Origin: Clostridia bacterium
GTDB lineage: Bacteria; Bacillota; Clostridia; Oscillospirales; CAG-382
Reading direction: 5' to 3'
DNA length: 64,000 bases
NCBI GenBank assembly: GCA_017625615.1
Contig: JAGAKP010000064.1
Coordinates: 608-64,607 of the forward strand
Under the pieces are notes generated by a model that was not told where the DNA came from, made no database searches, and saw only the letters and a program-made list of their open reading frames with translations. Below are positions 36,972 to 46,032 of this stretch, in pieces. Numbering within the stretch: position 1 is the stretch's first letter; every line of letters starts with the position of its first letter. A program made the translations under genes and the position numbers.

Positions 36972-37478
36972 ATGAGCAAAGTTACACTTATTCCCGACAA
37001 GATGTTTAATAATATATACGAAATAACTCCCGAGCTGCTCAAGCAGGACGGAATAACCACCGTTATCTTCGATCTGGACAATACCGTTGCGCCTTACAGC
37101 GTGGCGTACCCCACCGAAAAAATGGCACAGTATCTGTTTTCTCTGCGGGATAACGGCATAAACGTGGCGTTCGCATCCAACAACAACGGCAAGCGTATCG
37201 AAAAGTTCAACCGTCCTCTCGGCTTTTTCACCGTGTGCAAGGCAAAAAAGCCCTCCCGCCGCGCAGTACGCAGAATTATGCGTGAGTTCGGCGCCACCAA
37301 GGCGGAAACGCTGGTGGTAGGCGACCAGCTTTTTACAGACTGTCTTTGCGCCCACCGCGCAGGCATACGCGCCTATATCGTAAACCCCATCGACCCTCAG
37401 GACGAGGGCTGGTTCGTAAAGCTCAAGCGTTGGTTTGAAAAGCCCCATCTACGTTATTTTAAAAGGAGAAAAGCCTGA
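36972..37478 (+). CDS. YqeG-family HAD phosphatase
   Basis: MSKVTLIPDKMFNNIYEITPELLKQDGITTVIFDLDNTVAPY (DxDxT). GDQLFTDCLCAHRAG near the C-terminus. ATG at 36972 is preferred over the alternative start at 36930. Confidence 0.8.
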   Translation: MSKVTLIPDKMFNNIYEITPELLKQDGITTVIFDLDNTVAPYSVAYPTEKMAQYLFSLRDNGINVAFASNNNGKRIEKFNRPLGFFTVCKAKKPSRRAVRRIMREFGATKAETLVVGDQLFTDCLCAHRAGIRAYIVNPIDPQDEGWFVKLKRWFEKPHLRYFKRRKA

Positions 37479-38332
37479 TGAATGCATTATTCGGCCCCGG
37501 CGGCAACTGTGATGAATTTGCGAAAAGCGGCTTGAAGGGCACTCTTTTCGCGCCCCAATGGGTAAAGGCTTACGGTCTTGACGCATACGAATACGAGGCG
37601 GGCAGAGGTATACACACGTCTCCCGCAATGCTGGCGGAAATAGGCGATAACGCCCGTAGCCTCGGCGTGAAAATGTCATTTCATACACCGTATTTTATAT
37701 CTCTTTCCTCGGTGGAGAGAGAAAAGCGTGTAAAAAGCGTGGGCTATATAATGGAATCTGCCGCCGCGTCACAGCTTTTGGGTGCGGAAACCATGGTGGT
37801 CCATTGCGGCTCCTGCGCCAAAATAAGCCGTGAAACGGCTATGGAATACGCCACCGAAACTCTGCTTATGGCAGACAAGGCGTTAAAGCAGGAGGGCTTT
37901 ACCGTAAAGCTCGGTATAGAAACTATGGGCAAGATCAATCAGCTCGGCACTCTTGACGAGGTGCTTACTCTCTGCACTTTGTCGGATAATTTCGTGCCCG
38001 TGGTGGATTTCGGACATCTCAACGCAAGAACTCTTGGCAGTATAAAGGAAGACGGAGATTACGAATATATCTTTGATGAGATCACCCGCCGTCTCGGCAA
38101 GGAGTACGCACAAAACCTCCACTGCCATTTTTCAAAAATAGAGTATACGGGTATGGGCGAGAAAAAGCACCTCACCTTTGAGGATCCCCTTTACGGCCCC
38201 TCGCCTGAAAGTCTTGCGCAGGTCATCGCCCGCAAGGGACTGTCGCCCACTATTATATGCGAATCCGCGGGAACGCAGTCGGCGGATGCAAAATATCTTA
38301 AAGATCAGTATGAAAAAGCAAAAAATAATTAA
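37478..38332 (+). CDS. Xylose-isomerase-like TIM-barrel protein, AP endonuclease family 2 (endonuclease IV-related)
   Basis: 284 aa. FHTPYFISL, VVHCGS, LGIETMG and VDFGHL are the ordered metal-ligand-like blocks of this fold. Confidence 0.55.
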   Translation: MNALFGPGGNCDEFAKSGLKGTLFAPQWVKAYGLDAYEYEAGRGIHTSPAMLAEIGDNARSLGVKMSFHTPYFISLSSVEREKRVKSVGYIMESAAASQLLGAETMVVHCGSCAKISRETAMEYATETLLMADKALKQEGFTVKLGIETMGKINQLGTLDEVLTLCTLSDNFVPVVDFGHLNARTLGSIKEDGDYEYIFDEITRRLGKEYAQNLHCHFSKIEYTGMGEKKHLTFEDPLYGPSPESLAQVIARKGLSPTIICESAGTQSADAKYLKDQYEKAKNN

Positions 38333-38984
38333 GCTTTTAAAAAACGTTTTTCTTGCCCTCGTACTGCTGTGCGCCGTGGGAATACTGGTGCTTTCGGTAT
38401 GTAATCTTACGGTTATATGGTCGTCGGAGGGAGAAATAAACCTTGAAGAAACTCCAAAATGCGACGCAATACTTATCCTCGGCGCAAAGGTCACGGGTGA
38501 TACTCCCTCTGCCATTTTAAGGGACAGGCTGGATAAGGGCTGTGAACTGTACTTTGCGGGAGTGGCGGACCGTATAATTATGTCGGGCGACCACGGCAGA
38601 GTAAATTACGACGAGGTAAACGCAATGAAGGCGTACGCCGTCTCAAAGGGCGTGCCCGAGGAGCATATATTCACCGACCACGCAGGGTTTGATACCTACG
38701 ATTCGGTCTACCGCGCAAAAAAGATATTTCTGTGCGAAAAAATCGTGGTGGTAACACAGCAGTTTCATATAAACCGCGCCGTCTTTCTCGCCTCATCGGT
38801 GGGACTTGAAGCATACGGCGTTACCTGCTCGGAGGAGGGCTACCGTCCCACCCGCTTCACCACCAACGTGCGCGAGCCGCTTGCAAGAGTAAAGGCAGTG
38901 GCAAACGCGGTATTCAAGCCAAAGCCGACTTATCTCGGCGAAAGTATTCCCATATACGGAGAAGCCTCCGCAAGCTGGGATTAA
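38310..38984 (+). CDS. sanA: SanA/YdcF (DUF218) family membrane-anchored protein
   Basis: MKKQKIIKLLKNVFLALVLLCAVGILVL anchor. CDAILILGAKV...RLDKGCELY...IIMSGDHG...YDEVNAMKAYAVSKGVPEEHIFTDHAGFDTYDS. The in-frame ATG at 38310 was chosen over the ORF-track start at 38178. Confidence 0.8.
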   Translation: MKKQKIIKLLKNVFLALVLLCAVGILVLSVCNLTVIWSSEGEINLEETPKCDAILILGAKVTGDTPSAILRDRLDKGCELYFAGVADRIIMSGDHGRVNYDEVNAMKAYAVSKGVPEEHIFTDHAGFDTYDSVYRAKKIFLCEKIVVVTQQFHINRAVFLASSVGLEAYGVTCSEEGYRPTRFTTNVREPLARVKAVANAVFKPKPTYLGESIPIYGEASASWD

Positions 38985-39000
38985 AGGAGAAAAAGGAAAA

Positions 39001-39960
39001 ATGAAGTTTCATAAAATAACCGTACACGCAAATTCTCTCGGCGTGGAATTTATACAGGGCGTGCTTATCTCTGCGGAGGCGGAATGCTTTGAGATAGTGG
39101 ACCCCACCGACCTTCAGGAATTGTTGGATACACAGTACGTCCCCTTCGATTACGTTGACGACGCACTGCTTGAAACCAAGGACGAGGAAGCAAAGGTGCG
39201 CGTGTACCTTGCGGATAACAGCCAAGGCAGAGAAAAAATGCAGGCTGTCCTTGACGGAATAGAGGCACTCCGCGGCGAAACGGAATTCGACCTCGGCTCT
39301 CTCAAAACCGAAATAAGCGAGACCGACGACAGCGAATGGGCGGATAACTGGAAGGAATTTTTTCATCCTCTGCCTATCGGCGAAAAGTTCGTGGTAAAGC
39401 CCACCTGGGAGGACTGGGAAGGGAAGGACAGAATAGTTCTTGAGATCGACCCCGAATCCTCCTTCGGAAGCGGTCAGCACGAAACCACCTCTCTGTGCCT
39501 CGAATCCCTTGAATATCTGCCTCTTGAAGGGGTAAGCGTTCTCGATATGGGCTGCGGCAGCGGTATTCTCGGTATCGGTGCACTTCTTCTGGGCGCGTCC
39601 GACGTGCTTGCTGTGGATATAGACAAAAACGCAGTTGATATCGCCGTAAAGAATGCGACTCTCAATAAGGTTGAAAACTTCACGGGTCTTTGCGGAAACA
39701 CCCTTTCCGATAAGGACGTTTACGAAAAGGTCACATCCAAAAAGTACGGAATAATCCTTGCAAATATTGTTGCAGACGTTATTATCGCAATGGCGCCCAC
39801 CTTCAAAAAGGTTTTGGAGGAAACGGGTACCCTTATCTGCAGCGGAATAATCTCCCCCCGCAAGGGCGAGGTTATACAAGCGCTTTTGGAAAACGGCTTT
39901 GCCCTTACGGGTATTAACGAAAAGAACGATTGGGTAGCAATAACATGTACCAAAGCATAG
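39001..39960 (+). CDS. prmA: Ribosomal protein L11 methyltransferase
   Basis: 319 aa. IDPESSFGSGQHETT and LDMGCGSGILGI. Confidence 0.9.
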   Translation: MKFHKITVHANSLGVEFIQGVLISAEAECFEIVDPTDLQELLDTQYVPFDYVDDALLETKDEEAKVRVYLADNSQGREKMQAVLDGIEALRGETEFDLGSLKTEISETDDSEWADNWKEFFHPLPIGEKFVVKPTWEDWEGKDRIVLEIDPESSFGSGQHETTSLCLESLEYLPLEGVSVLDMGCGSGILGIGALLLGASDVLAVDIDKNAVDIAVKNATLNKVENFTGLCGNTLSDKDVYEKVTSKKYGIILANIVADVIIAMAPTFKKVLEETGTLICSGIISPRKGEVIQALLENGFALTGINEKNDWVAITCTKA

Positions 39961-41942
39961 AGCAGGAAATGCGGGAGCTTGAAAAGGCTCTTGAATATCA
40001 TTCCAAACGGTATTACGAGGATGATGACCCCGAAATATCCGATTACGAATACGACGCAATGTTTGACCGCCTTAAAAAGCTGGAGCAGGAGTATCCGCAG
40101 TATGCGTCTCCCGCTTCAATGACACATCGCGTAGGCGGTGCGGTGGCAGACAGATTTGAAAAGGTGCGTCATTCCGTTCCCATGGGCTCCCTTACCGACG
40201 TATTCTCGCCCGAAGAGGTGATCTCCTTTTGCGGAAAGGTAAAGGAAGCCTACCCTCAGGCGGATTTTGTGGTAGAGGCGAAGATCGACGGACTTTCCGT
40301 TTCCCTCACCTATGAAAAGGGAGTGTTCGTCCTCGGTGCCACCCGCGGTGACGGCGAATACGGCGAGGACGTTACCGCAAACCTTAAAACAGTACGCAAT
40401 ATTCCCCTTAAATTGGATATAGCCAACCCGCCCGAAACCCTCGTGGTACGCGGCGAGACCTATATGCCCAAGGCGGTGTTTGCTTCTCTCAATAAACAGC
40501 GCGAGGAGGAGGGGATACCCCTTTTCGCAAACCCCCGTAACGCGGCGGCGGGCTCGCTCCGTCAGCTTGACAGCCGTATATGCGCCTCCCGCAAGCTGGA
40601 TATTTTCGTATTTAATCTGCAGGTTTCGTCGGATGACGTCCCTTCAACCCACAGAGAATGCCTTGATGCTCTTGAGGATATGGGCTTTACCGTTTCCCCC
40701 TTCCGAACGGTGTGTAACACCGCAGAGGAGGTAGGGGAGGTAATAAGGGAGATAGGCGAAAAACGTGCATCTCTGCCCTACGATATTGACGGTGCGGTGG
40801 TAAAGGTAAATTCCCTTGACCTTCGCGACCTTATGGGCGAGACTGTTTCGGTTCCCCGTTGGGCTGTGGCGTATAAATATCCCCCCGAAACCGCATCCAC
40901 CGTACTCCGTGATATTATCATTCAGGTGGGCAGAACGGGCGTCCTTACCCCCAAGGCCATATTTGATACGGTCCGCCTTGCGGGCACCAACGTAACTCAG
41001 GCAACCCTTCATAATATAGATTATATTCGGGAAAAGGATATTCGTGTAGGCGATACGGTCTTCGTCCGTAAAGCGGGCGATATTATTCCCGAGGTTGTGG
41101 GCGTGGATATAAAATCCCGTCCCGAAAACACCCATCCCTTTGAAATGCCTTCTCTTTGTCCCGTGTGCGGAAGCAAAACGGAAAGAGAGGAGGGCTTCGC
41201 CGCAACCCGCTGTACAAACGCCCTTTGTCCCGCGCAGGTAAGACGCGCCCTTGAGCATTTCGTCTCCCGCGATGCGATGAATATAGAAACCGTGGGCAAA
41301 AGCGTTGCCGCCCTCCTTATAGATTCGGGTATGGTAAAGGATATCGCAGACCTTTACGTGCTGGAAAAGGATGCGGTTGCCGCCTTGGAGGGCTTGGGCG
41401 AAAAAAGCGCACTCAATATCCTTGATTCGGTGGAAAAATCAAAAAATGCAGGCCTTGCAAGGCTTATATACGCTCTCGGCATCCGCCATATCGGTGAAAA
41501 GGCAGGCGCAGTCCTCGCTTCCGAATTTGGAAATATGGATGCTCTTATGGCGGCGGACAAGGAAGCTCTTTGCGGGGTAAAGGATATAGGTCCCGAATCC
41601 GCAGAGGCGATAACCGAATTTTTCGCTTCCGGGAAAAACCGTGATATTATAGAACGGTTAAAGGCTTACGGCGTTTCCATGGAGGATAACAGCGTCAAAA
41701 ACGGCGACGTGCTCAAGGGCAAGACCGTGGTAGTCACGGGCACGCTCGTCAGTATGAAGCGCTCGGAAATAGAGGAGCTTATCCGTTCCTACGGCGGAAC
41801 CGCTTCGGGAAGCGTTTCCAAAAAGACCTCCCTCGTGGTGGCAGGCGCAGAGGCGGGCAGTAAAAAAGCAAAAGCGCAACAACTGGGAGTTCCCGTTATA
41901 ACAGAAACAGAATTTTTAAAAATGCTTGATATAAAGGAGTAA
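39945..41942 (+). CDS. ligA: NAD-dependent DNA ligase
   Basis: YYEDDDPEISDYEYD. Adenylation Lys in EAKIDGLS. Zn finger CPVCGS...CTNALCPAQ. C-terminal BRCT. ATG at 39945 is preferred over the alternative start at 39930. Confidence 0.95.
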   Translation: MYQSIEQEMRELEKALEYHSKRYYEDDDPEISDYEYDAMFDRLKKLEQEYPQYASPASMTHRVGGAVADRFEKVRHSVPMGSLTDVFSPEEVISFCGKVKEAYPQADFVVEAKIDGLSVSLTYEKGVFVLGATRGDGEYGEDVTANLKTVRNIPLKLDIANPPETLVVRGETYMPKAVFASLNKQREEEGIPLFANPRNAAAGSLRQLDSRICASRKLDIFVFNLQVSSDDVPSTHRECLDALEDMGFTVSPFRTVCNTAEEVGEVIREIGEKRASLPYDIDGAVVKVNSLDLRDLMGETVSVPRWAVAYKYPPETASTVLRDIIIQVGRTGVLTPKAIFDTVRLAGTNVTQATLHNIDYIREKDIRVGDTVFVRKAGDIIPEVVGVDIKSRPENTHPFEMPSLCPVCGSKTEREEGFAATRCTNALCPAQVRRALEHFVSRDAMNIETVGKSVAALLIDSGMVKDIADLYVLEKDAVAALEGLGEKSALNILDSVEKSKNAGLARLIYALGIRHIGEKAGAVLASEFGNMDALMAADKEALCGVKDIGPESAEAITEFFASGKNRDIIERLKAYGVSMEDNSVKNGDVLKGKTVVVTGTLVSMKRSEIEELIRSYGGTASGSVSKKTSLVVAGAEAGSKKAKAQQLGVPVITETEFLKMLDIKE

Positions 41943-41947
41943 TTTTT

Positions 41948-43330
41948 ATGAAAACAGCATATCCCGTTTATATGGAAGCCGACGTTGTCGTATGCGGCGG
42001 CGGTACTGCAGGTTCCTTTGCGGCTATAGCAGCTGCAGAGCAGGGCAAAAAGGTTTTGGTTATCGAGCAGTTCGGCTCCTTGGGCGGAACGGCTACCCTC
42101 GGCCTCGTAACCCCCGTAATGCATACCTATATGCGTACGAATCCCCAGTGCTCTTATATTCAGAAAAAGCTTGTGGAAAAGCAGCTCAAATACGCAAGCT
42201 GTAACGCTCAGGGCAATATGTTCGATCCTCTTGCTCTCCGTCTCGCTCTCGAGGAGCTGTGCGTTGAAGCGGGCGTAAAGCTCCTTTATCACACCTATAT
42301 CGCAGGCGTGGAAAAGGAAGGCGATACCGTTACCGCCATCAGAATAGTAAACAAGGCAGGCGAGCAGCTCGTTAAGGGTAAGGTATTTATCGACGCTACC
42401 GGCGACGGTGACGTAAGCGTAATGGCAGGCGCAGGCTATACCAAGGGTAACCCCGAAACGGGTATCAACCAGCCTATGTCTCTCCGTTACATACTTGGCG
42501 GTATAGATATTCCCAAGGCAGGCGAATTTATGCGCTCAGAAGCGTTACGCACCGGTCTGGGCGGCGCTTCCTGTGATCCCGACCATCCTTATACCACCCT
42601 TTACGGCGGCGGCGTTGCATCCAAGCCCTGGGCACTTACCGAATGGTTTGACGCAGGCATAGCCTCCGGCGAGCTTGAGGAAATGGATAAGGCTTATTGG
42701 CAGGTATTCACCATTCCCGGCAGAAAGGACGGACTTGCCTTCAACTGCCCCGAATTCTTTGAAAATATCGACGCTACCAATCCCGACGATCTTACCATCT
42801 CCCAGCTTAAGGGTAAAAAGGCTATATTCCGTCAGCTTATGTACTACAGAAAGCATTTCCCCGGCTTTGAAAACGCTTACGTTGCAGAGATATCCGCATT
42901 GGTAGGTATAAGAGAAAGCCGCGAAATTCAGACCGAGTACGTTATATCAGCCGTTGACCTTTACGCGCAGAGAAAGTTTGACGATATGTTCTGTCAGTCC
43001 AACTATCCCATCGACGTACACGGCAAGGCGCACAACTGCTCCTTTGACGGTATCGAAAAGGACGAGGCACGTCCTTGGTACGATATTCCTTACCGTTCCA
43101 TCGTAGTTAAGGGCGTGGATAACCTTCTCGTTGCGGGCAGATGCTTAGGTGCAGAATTTATAGTTCAGTCCTCTCTCCGCGTACAGCATTCCGTACGCTC
43201 CTCCGGTGAGGCAGCAGGTATCGCCGCTTGTATGGCTATCGACGCAGGCGTTCCCGCACGCGAGATAGACGGTAAAAAGGTGCGCGAAGCTATGATAAGC
43301 CTCGGCGCAGATTATCAGGATCTTGATTAA
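41948..43330 (+). CDS. FAD-dependent oxidoreductase (FAD_oxidored-like)
   Basis: 460 aa. Dinucleotide fold VVVCGGGTAGSFAAIAAAEQGKKVLVIEQ. Confidence 0.7.
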   Translation: MKTAYPVYMEADVVVCGGGTAGSFAAIAAAEQGKKVLVIEQFGSLGGTATLGLVTPVMHTYMRTNPQCSYIQKKLVEKQLKYASCNAQGNMFDPLALRLALEELCVEAGVKLLYHTYIAGVEKEGDTVTAIRIVNKAGEQLVKGKVFIDATGDGDVSVMAGAGYTKGNPETGINQPMSLRYILGGIDIPKAGEFMRSEALRTGLGGASCDPDHPYTTLYGGGVASKPWALTEWFDAGIASGELEEMDKAYWQVFTIPGRKDGLAFNCPEFFENIDATNPDDLTISQLKGKKAIFRQLMYYRKHFPGFENAYVAEISALVGIRESREIQTEYVISAVDLYAQRKFDDMFCQSNYPIDVHGKAHNCSFDGIEKDEARPWYDIPYRSIVVKGVDNLLVAGRCLGAEFIVQSSLRVQHSVRSSGEAAGIAACMAIDAGVPAREIDGKKVREAMISLGADYQDLD

Positions 43331-43353
43331 TTAACCTTTAAGGGGAAAATATT

Positions 43354-44235
43354 TTGCTTATATACGATAGAGCAGGCAATATCGTACCTTCTACGAAAAT
43401 GCCCGATAAATTAATGCGTTTTATGTACGGCAGAGCTTTGGGACGTCCCGTCCTGTGGCTTTCCGCTCGCCGAAATTCCTCCCGTTTGGTGGGCACTTAT
43501 ATGAACAGCCCTCTTTCACGGCGGAATGTAAAGGCGGCTGTGCGGGATTACGGCATAGACCTGAGCCAGTACGAAAAGCAGGAATTCAAAAGCTATAACG
43601 ATTTCTTCACCCGTAAGATAAAGCCCTCCTGCAGACCTATTGATATGACTCCCGAGCATCTTATCGCTCCTTGCGACAGTAAGCTCCGCGCCTTTCCCAT
43701 AAACGCGGCAAGGGATTATATCATAAAGGATGCCCCTTACACTGTCAGTGAGCTTTTGGGCGGCGACAGCGTGTGCGAGGAATATATAGGCGGACTTTGC
43801 CTTATCTTCCGTCTGTCCGTGGACGATTACCACAGGTACTGCTATATAGACAAGGGTACCCGCAGCGGATACCGCAAAATAAAGGGCGTGCTGTACACCG
43901 TTTCCCACGTGGACGGGCTGGGCAGAAATTATTTCAAGCGCAATTCCCGCGTGTATACCACCCTCCATACCGAAAACTTCGGTGACGTTATCCACGTAGA
44001 GGTGGGTGCAACGCTGGTGGGCAGAATACGCAACCGCGTTGCCACCGAATTTAACCGCGGTGACGAAAAGGGATATTTTGAATTCGGCGGGTCCACCATC
44101 GTGCTCCTTATCAAAAAGGGCGTGGTGGAATTGGACGAGGATATCGTCCGCAATTCTCAAAACGGAAACGAAACGCAGGTCAAGATCGGCTCTAAAATAG
44201 GCAAAAAAATCCCCCCACAAAACAACGCCAGATGA
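43354..44235 (+). CDS. psd: Phosphatidylserine decarboxylase proenzyme
   Basis: 293 aa with a TTG start. C-terminal self-cleavage motif region GYFEFGGSTIVLL (G-S-T). Confidence 0.8.
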   Translation: MLIYDRAGNIVPSTKMPDKLMRFMYGRALGRPVLWLSARRNSSRLVGTYMNSPLSRRNVKAAVRDYGIDLSQYEKQEFKSYNDFFTRKIKPSCRPIDMTPEHLIAPCDSKLRAFPINAARDYIIKDAPYTVSELLGGDSVCEEYIGGLCLIFRLSVDDYHRYCYIDKGTRSGYRKIKGVLYTVSHVDGLGRNYFKRNSRVYTTLHTENFGDVIHVEVGATLVGRIRNRVATEFNRGDEKGYFEFGGSTIVLLIKKGVVELDEDIVRNSQNGNETQVKIGSKIGKKIPPQNNAR

Positions 44236-44320
44236 TTTTGCGCGCTGACGTCAGCCATACCGTGGCGATATTTTGCGGGGACCCCGAAAAGATCTACCGA
44301 AGATTTCATAAAAACAAACA

Positions 44321-44348
44321 ACAGCACCGTTTTTCACGGTGCTGTTTT
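44321..44348 (+). terminator. Intrinsic terminator after psd
   Basis: ACAGCACCG-TTTTTCA-CGGTGCTGT followed by TTT. Confidence 0.8.
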
Positions 44349-44349
44349 A

Positions 44350-44446
44350 ATTATCGGGGTCCCCGAGAAGCCGTAAGGCTTCTTGGGGTGATTATCGGGG
44401 TCCCCGAGAAGCCGTAAGGCTTCTTGGGGTGATTATCGGGGTGATT
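44350..44446 (+). repeat. REP-like hairpin element, 41-bp unit in tandem (2 full copies plus a 15-nt partial)
   Basis: ATTATCGGGGTCCCCGAGAAGCCGTAAGGCTTCTTGGGGTG appears twice, then ATTATCGGGGTGATT. The stem has a G-U pair and a GTAA (GNRA) loop on this strand. Confidence 0.9.
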
Positions 44447-45312
44447 TATTTCTTTGCTATAGCTTTTGTTTCTTCTTCCGTCAGCTCGGAAAGCAGGAAT
44501 TTATCTCCGTCGTAGCGGGAAATTTTGTTTTCGGGCAGTAATTTCAAAAACTCAAAGTAGTCCATTTCGCAAAGAGGGCTTTTTTCTCCCCGTATTCCGA
44601 GCATAACCACCCATTTTTCGCACTTCAGCGGTTCTCCTTTTTCGGGGTCGGTTACACCGAAGGGAACGGAGGGCTTATTTGGCAAAAGGGTGGGAATACC
44701 GCTCAGTACGATATATCTTCCGAAAACGCCGTTATCGCCCATATACAGGTCGGGACCAGGGCAATAAACGTCCATAGACTGCTTTTCGTGAAGCCACGTA
44801 GCGTAGCGTCCCGTGTCCGCCAAAAACGCTTCCGCTTCTTCCTTGCCCACGGCAAGGGGCCACATAGCGGAATACAGTGTCAAGGTGTCGAACTCGCCGT
44901 CAATAACCTGCTTTGCAAAGTGCTTTACGGTCCTGTCATTGAAGGATATCATTTCGTCAAGACCCGCCATAAAGTCCTTAAGGCTTGTTTTACTACCGTC
45001 ATCAACGGTTTTTGCTCCCCAATATGTGGCAATTCTCTCGATAGCACCGTAAAAATCCTTTATTTCCTCGGTGGTGGAGGGCATGGGAAGCCGCAGATTT
45101 ATGCTTTTCTTTTCGGCGGGATTCCATATAACGCTGAATCCTCTGCCGATACGCCTTGGATTATAAGCTAAAAATTCGGTTTCGCCGAGCTCGCCTATAT
45201 TCAGTCGGTCGCTTTCAAAATTACCGTAATGCAGGCTGTCGCCGAGTATGACCTCAAGAGGCACGGTTTTATTTCCAAAGAGCTTTTGCTTTATCAATAC
45301 GTCAATTGCCAT
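44446..45312 (-). CDS. Conserved hypothetical protein (DUF4299-like, from memory of family size and lineage)
   Basis: 288 aa, soluble. RBS AAGGAAA. Confidence 0.45.
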   Translation of the reverse strand: MAIDVLIKQKLFGNKTVPLEVILGDSLHYGNFESDRLNIGELGETEFLAYNPRRIGRGFSVIWNPAEKKSINLRLPMPSTTEEIKDFYGAIERIATYWGAKTVDDGSKTSLKDFMAGLDEMISFNDRTVKHFAKQVIDGEFDTLTLYSAMWPLAVGKEEAEAFLADTGRYATWLHEKQSMDVYCPGPDLYMGDNGVFGRYIVLSGIPTLLPNKPSVPFGVTDPEKGEPLKCEKWVVMLGIRGEKSPLCEMDYFEFLKLLPENKISRYDGDKFLLSELTEEETKAIAKK

Positions 45313-45327
45313 TGTCGTTTCCTTTTT

Positions 45328-46032
45328 CTATGAATTTATAATACCGTAAAGTGCGTCCGTCTGCTCGGCAGTGGCTTCGGGCAAATGTCCGAATGGGAAG
45401 TAAATGCCCATATTTTCGTACTTTACGGTGCATATCTTGCGGAAGGGGAGCAATTCGACCTTGTCCACGATAGGATGCTTTTTTATTATCTCCCTCAGCT
45501 TGAACGCGTTTTCCTTTGTGTCGTTTACTGTGGGAATTATCACCTGACGCAACGTTACGGGAATATTTTTTTCCTGCAGATATTCCAGAAAAGCCTTTAC
45601 TTTATCTATACCGCATCCCACGTTTTCGCGGTAGGATACGTCATCGGTATATTTATAGTCAAGGAGAACTCTGTCGGTTACTTCAAGTAATTTTTTAACC
45701 CGCTGGTTTAAAATACTTCCCGAGGTATCAAGGCAGGTGTTTATACCCTTTTCACGGCATTTTTCAAATATTTCCCTTGCAAACTCCGCCTGCAGTAACG
45801 GCTCCCCGCCTGAAAGGGTTATGCCCCCCTCCGTGCCGAAATATTCCTTGTACCGCACGGCTTTATCGGTTATTTCCTGCGCCGAATACTCTTTTCCGCC
45901 TTGCATATCCCACGTGTCGGGGTTGTGACAGCATTTGCACCGCAGATTACAGCCTTGGAAAAACACGACGAACCTCACACCGGGGCCGTCCACCGTGCCA
46001 AGGCTTTGTATGGAGTGAACTCTGCCCGTCAT
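45328..46032 (-). CDS. pflA: Pyruvate formate-lyase activating enzyme (radical SAM)
   Basis: 234 aa. [30 protein letters not shown] (CxxxCxxC). Confidence 0.9.
   Translation of the reverse strand: MTGRVHSIQSLGTVDGPGVRFVVFFQGCNLRCKCCHNPDTWDMQGGKEYSAQEITDKAVRYKEYFGTEGGITLSGGEPLLQAEFAREIFEKCREKGINTCLDTSGSILNQRVKKLLEVTDRVLLDYKYTDDVSYRENVGCGIDKVKAFLEYLQEKNIPVTLRQVIIPTVNDTKENAFKLREIIKKHPIVDKVELLPFRKICTVKYENMGIYFPFGHLPEATAEQTDALYGIINS

Noticed and set aside
38310-38984. SanA (DUF218) as a functional partner of the TIR-DUF218 protein.
   Set aside because: It lies 19 kb away in an unrelated housekeeping operon and is membrane-anchored like ordinary SanA. I used it only as an internal comparison for the DUF218 call.
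44232-44417. Small ORFs that read through the REP elements (44232..44417, and 58847..59158 giving ...YYRGPQEAARLLGVIIGVPKKPQGFLG).
   Set aside because: They are artefacts of translating the palindromic repeat. They have no RBS and overlap terminators.
44350-44446. The tandem 41-bp repeats here, and those at 59076..59160, as a possible CRISPR array.
   Set aside because: The units are directly adjacent with no spacers. There are only 2-3 copies and no cas genes. The units themselves are hairpins, which fits REP-like elements better.
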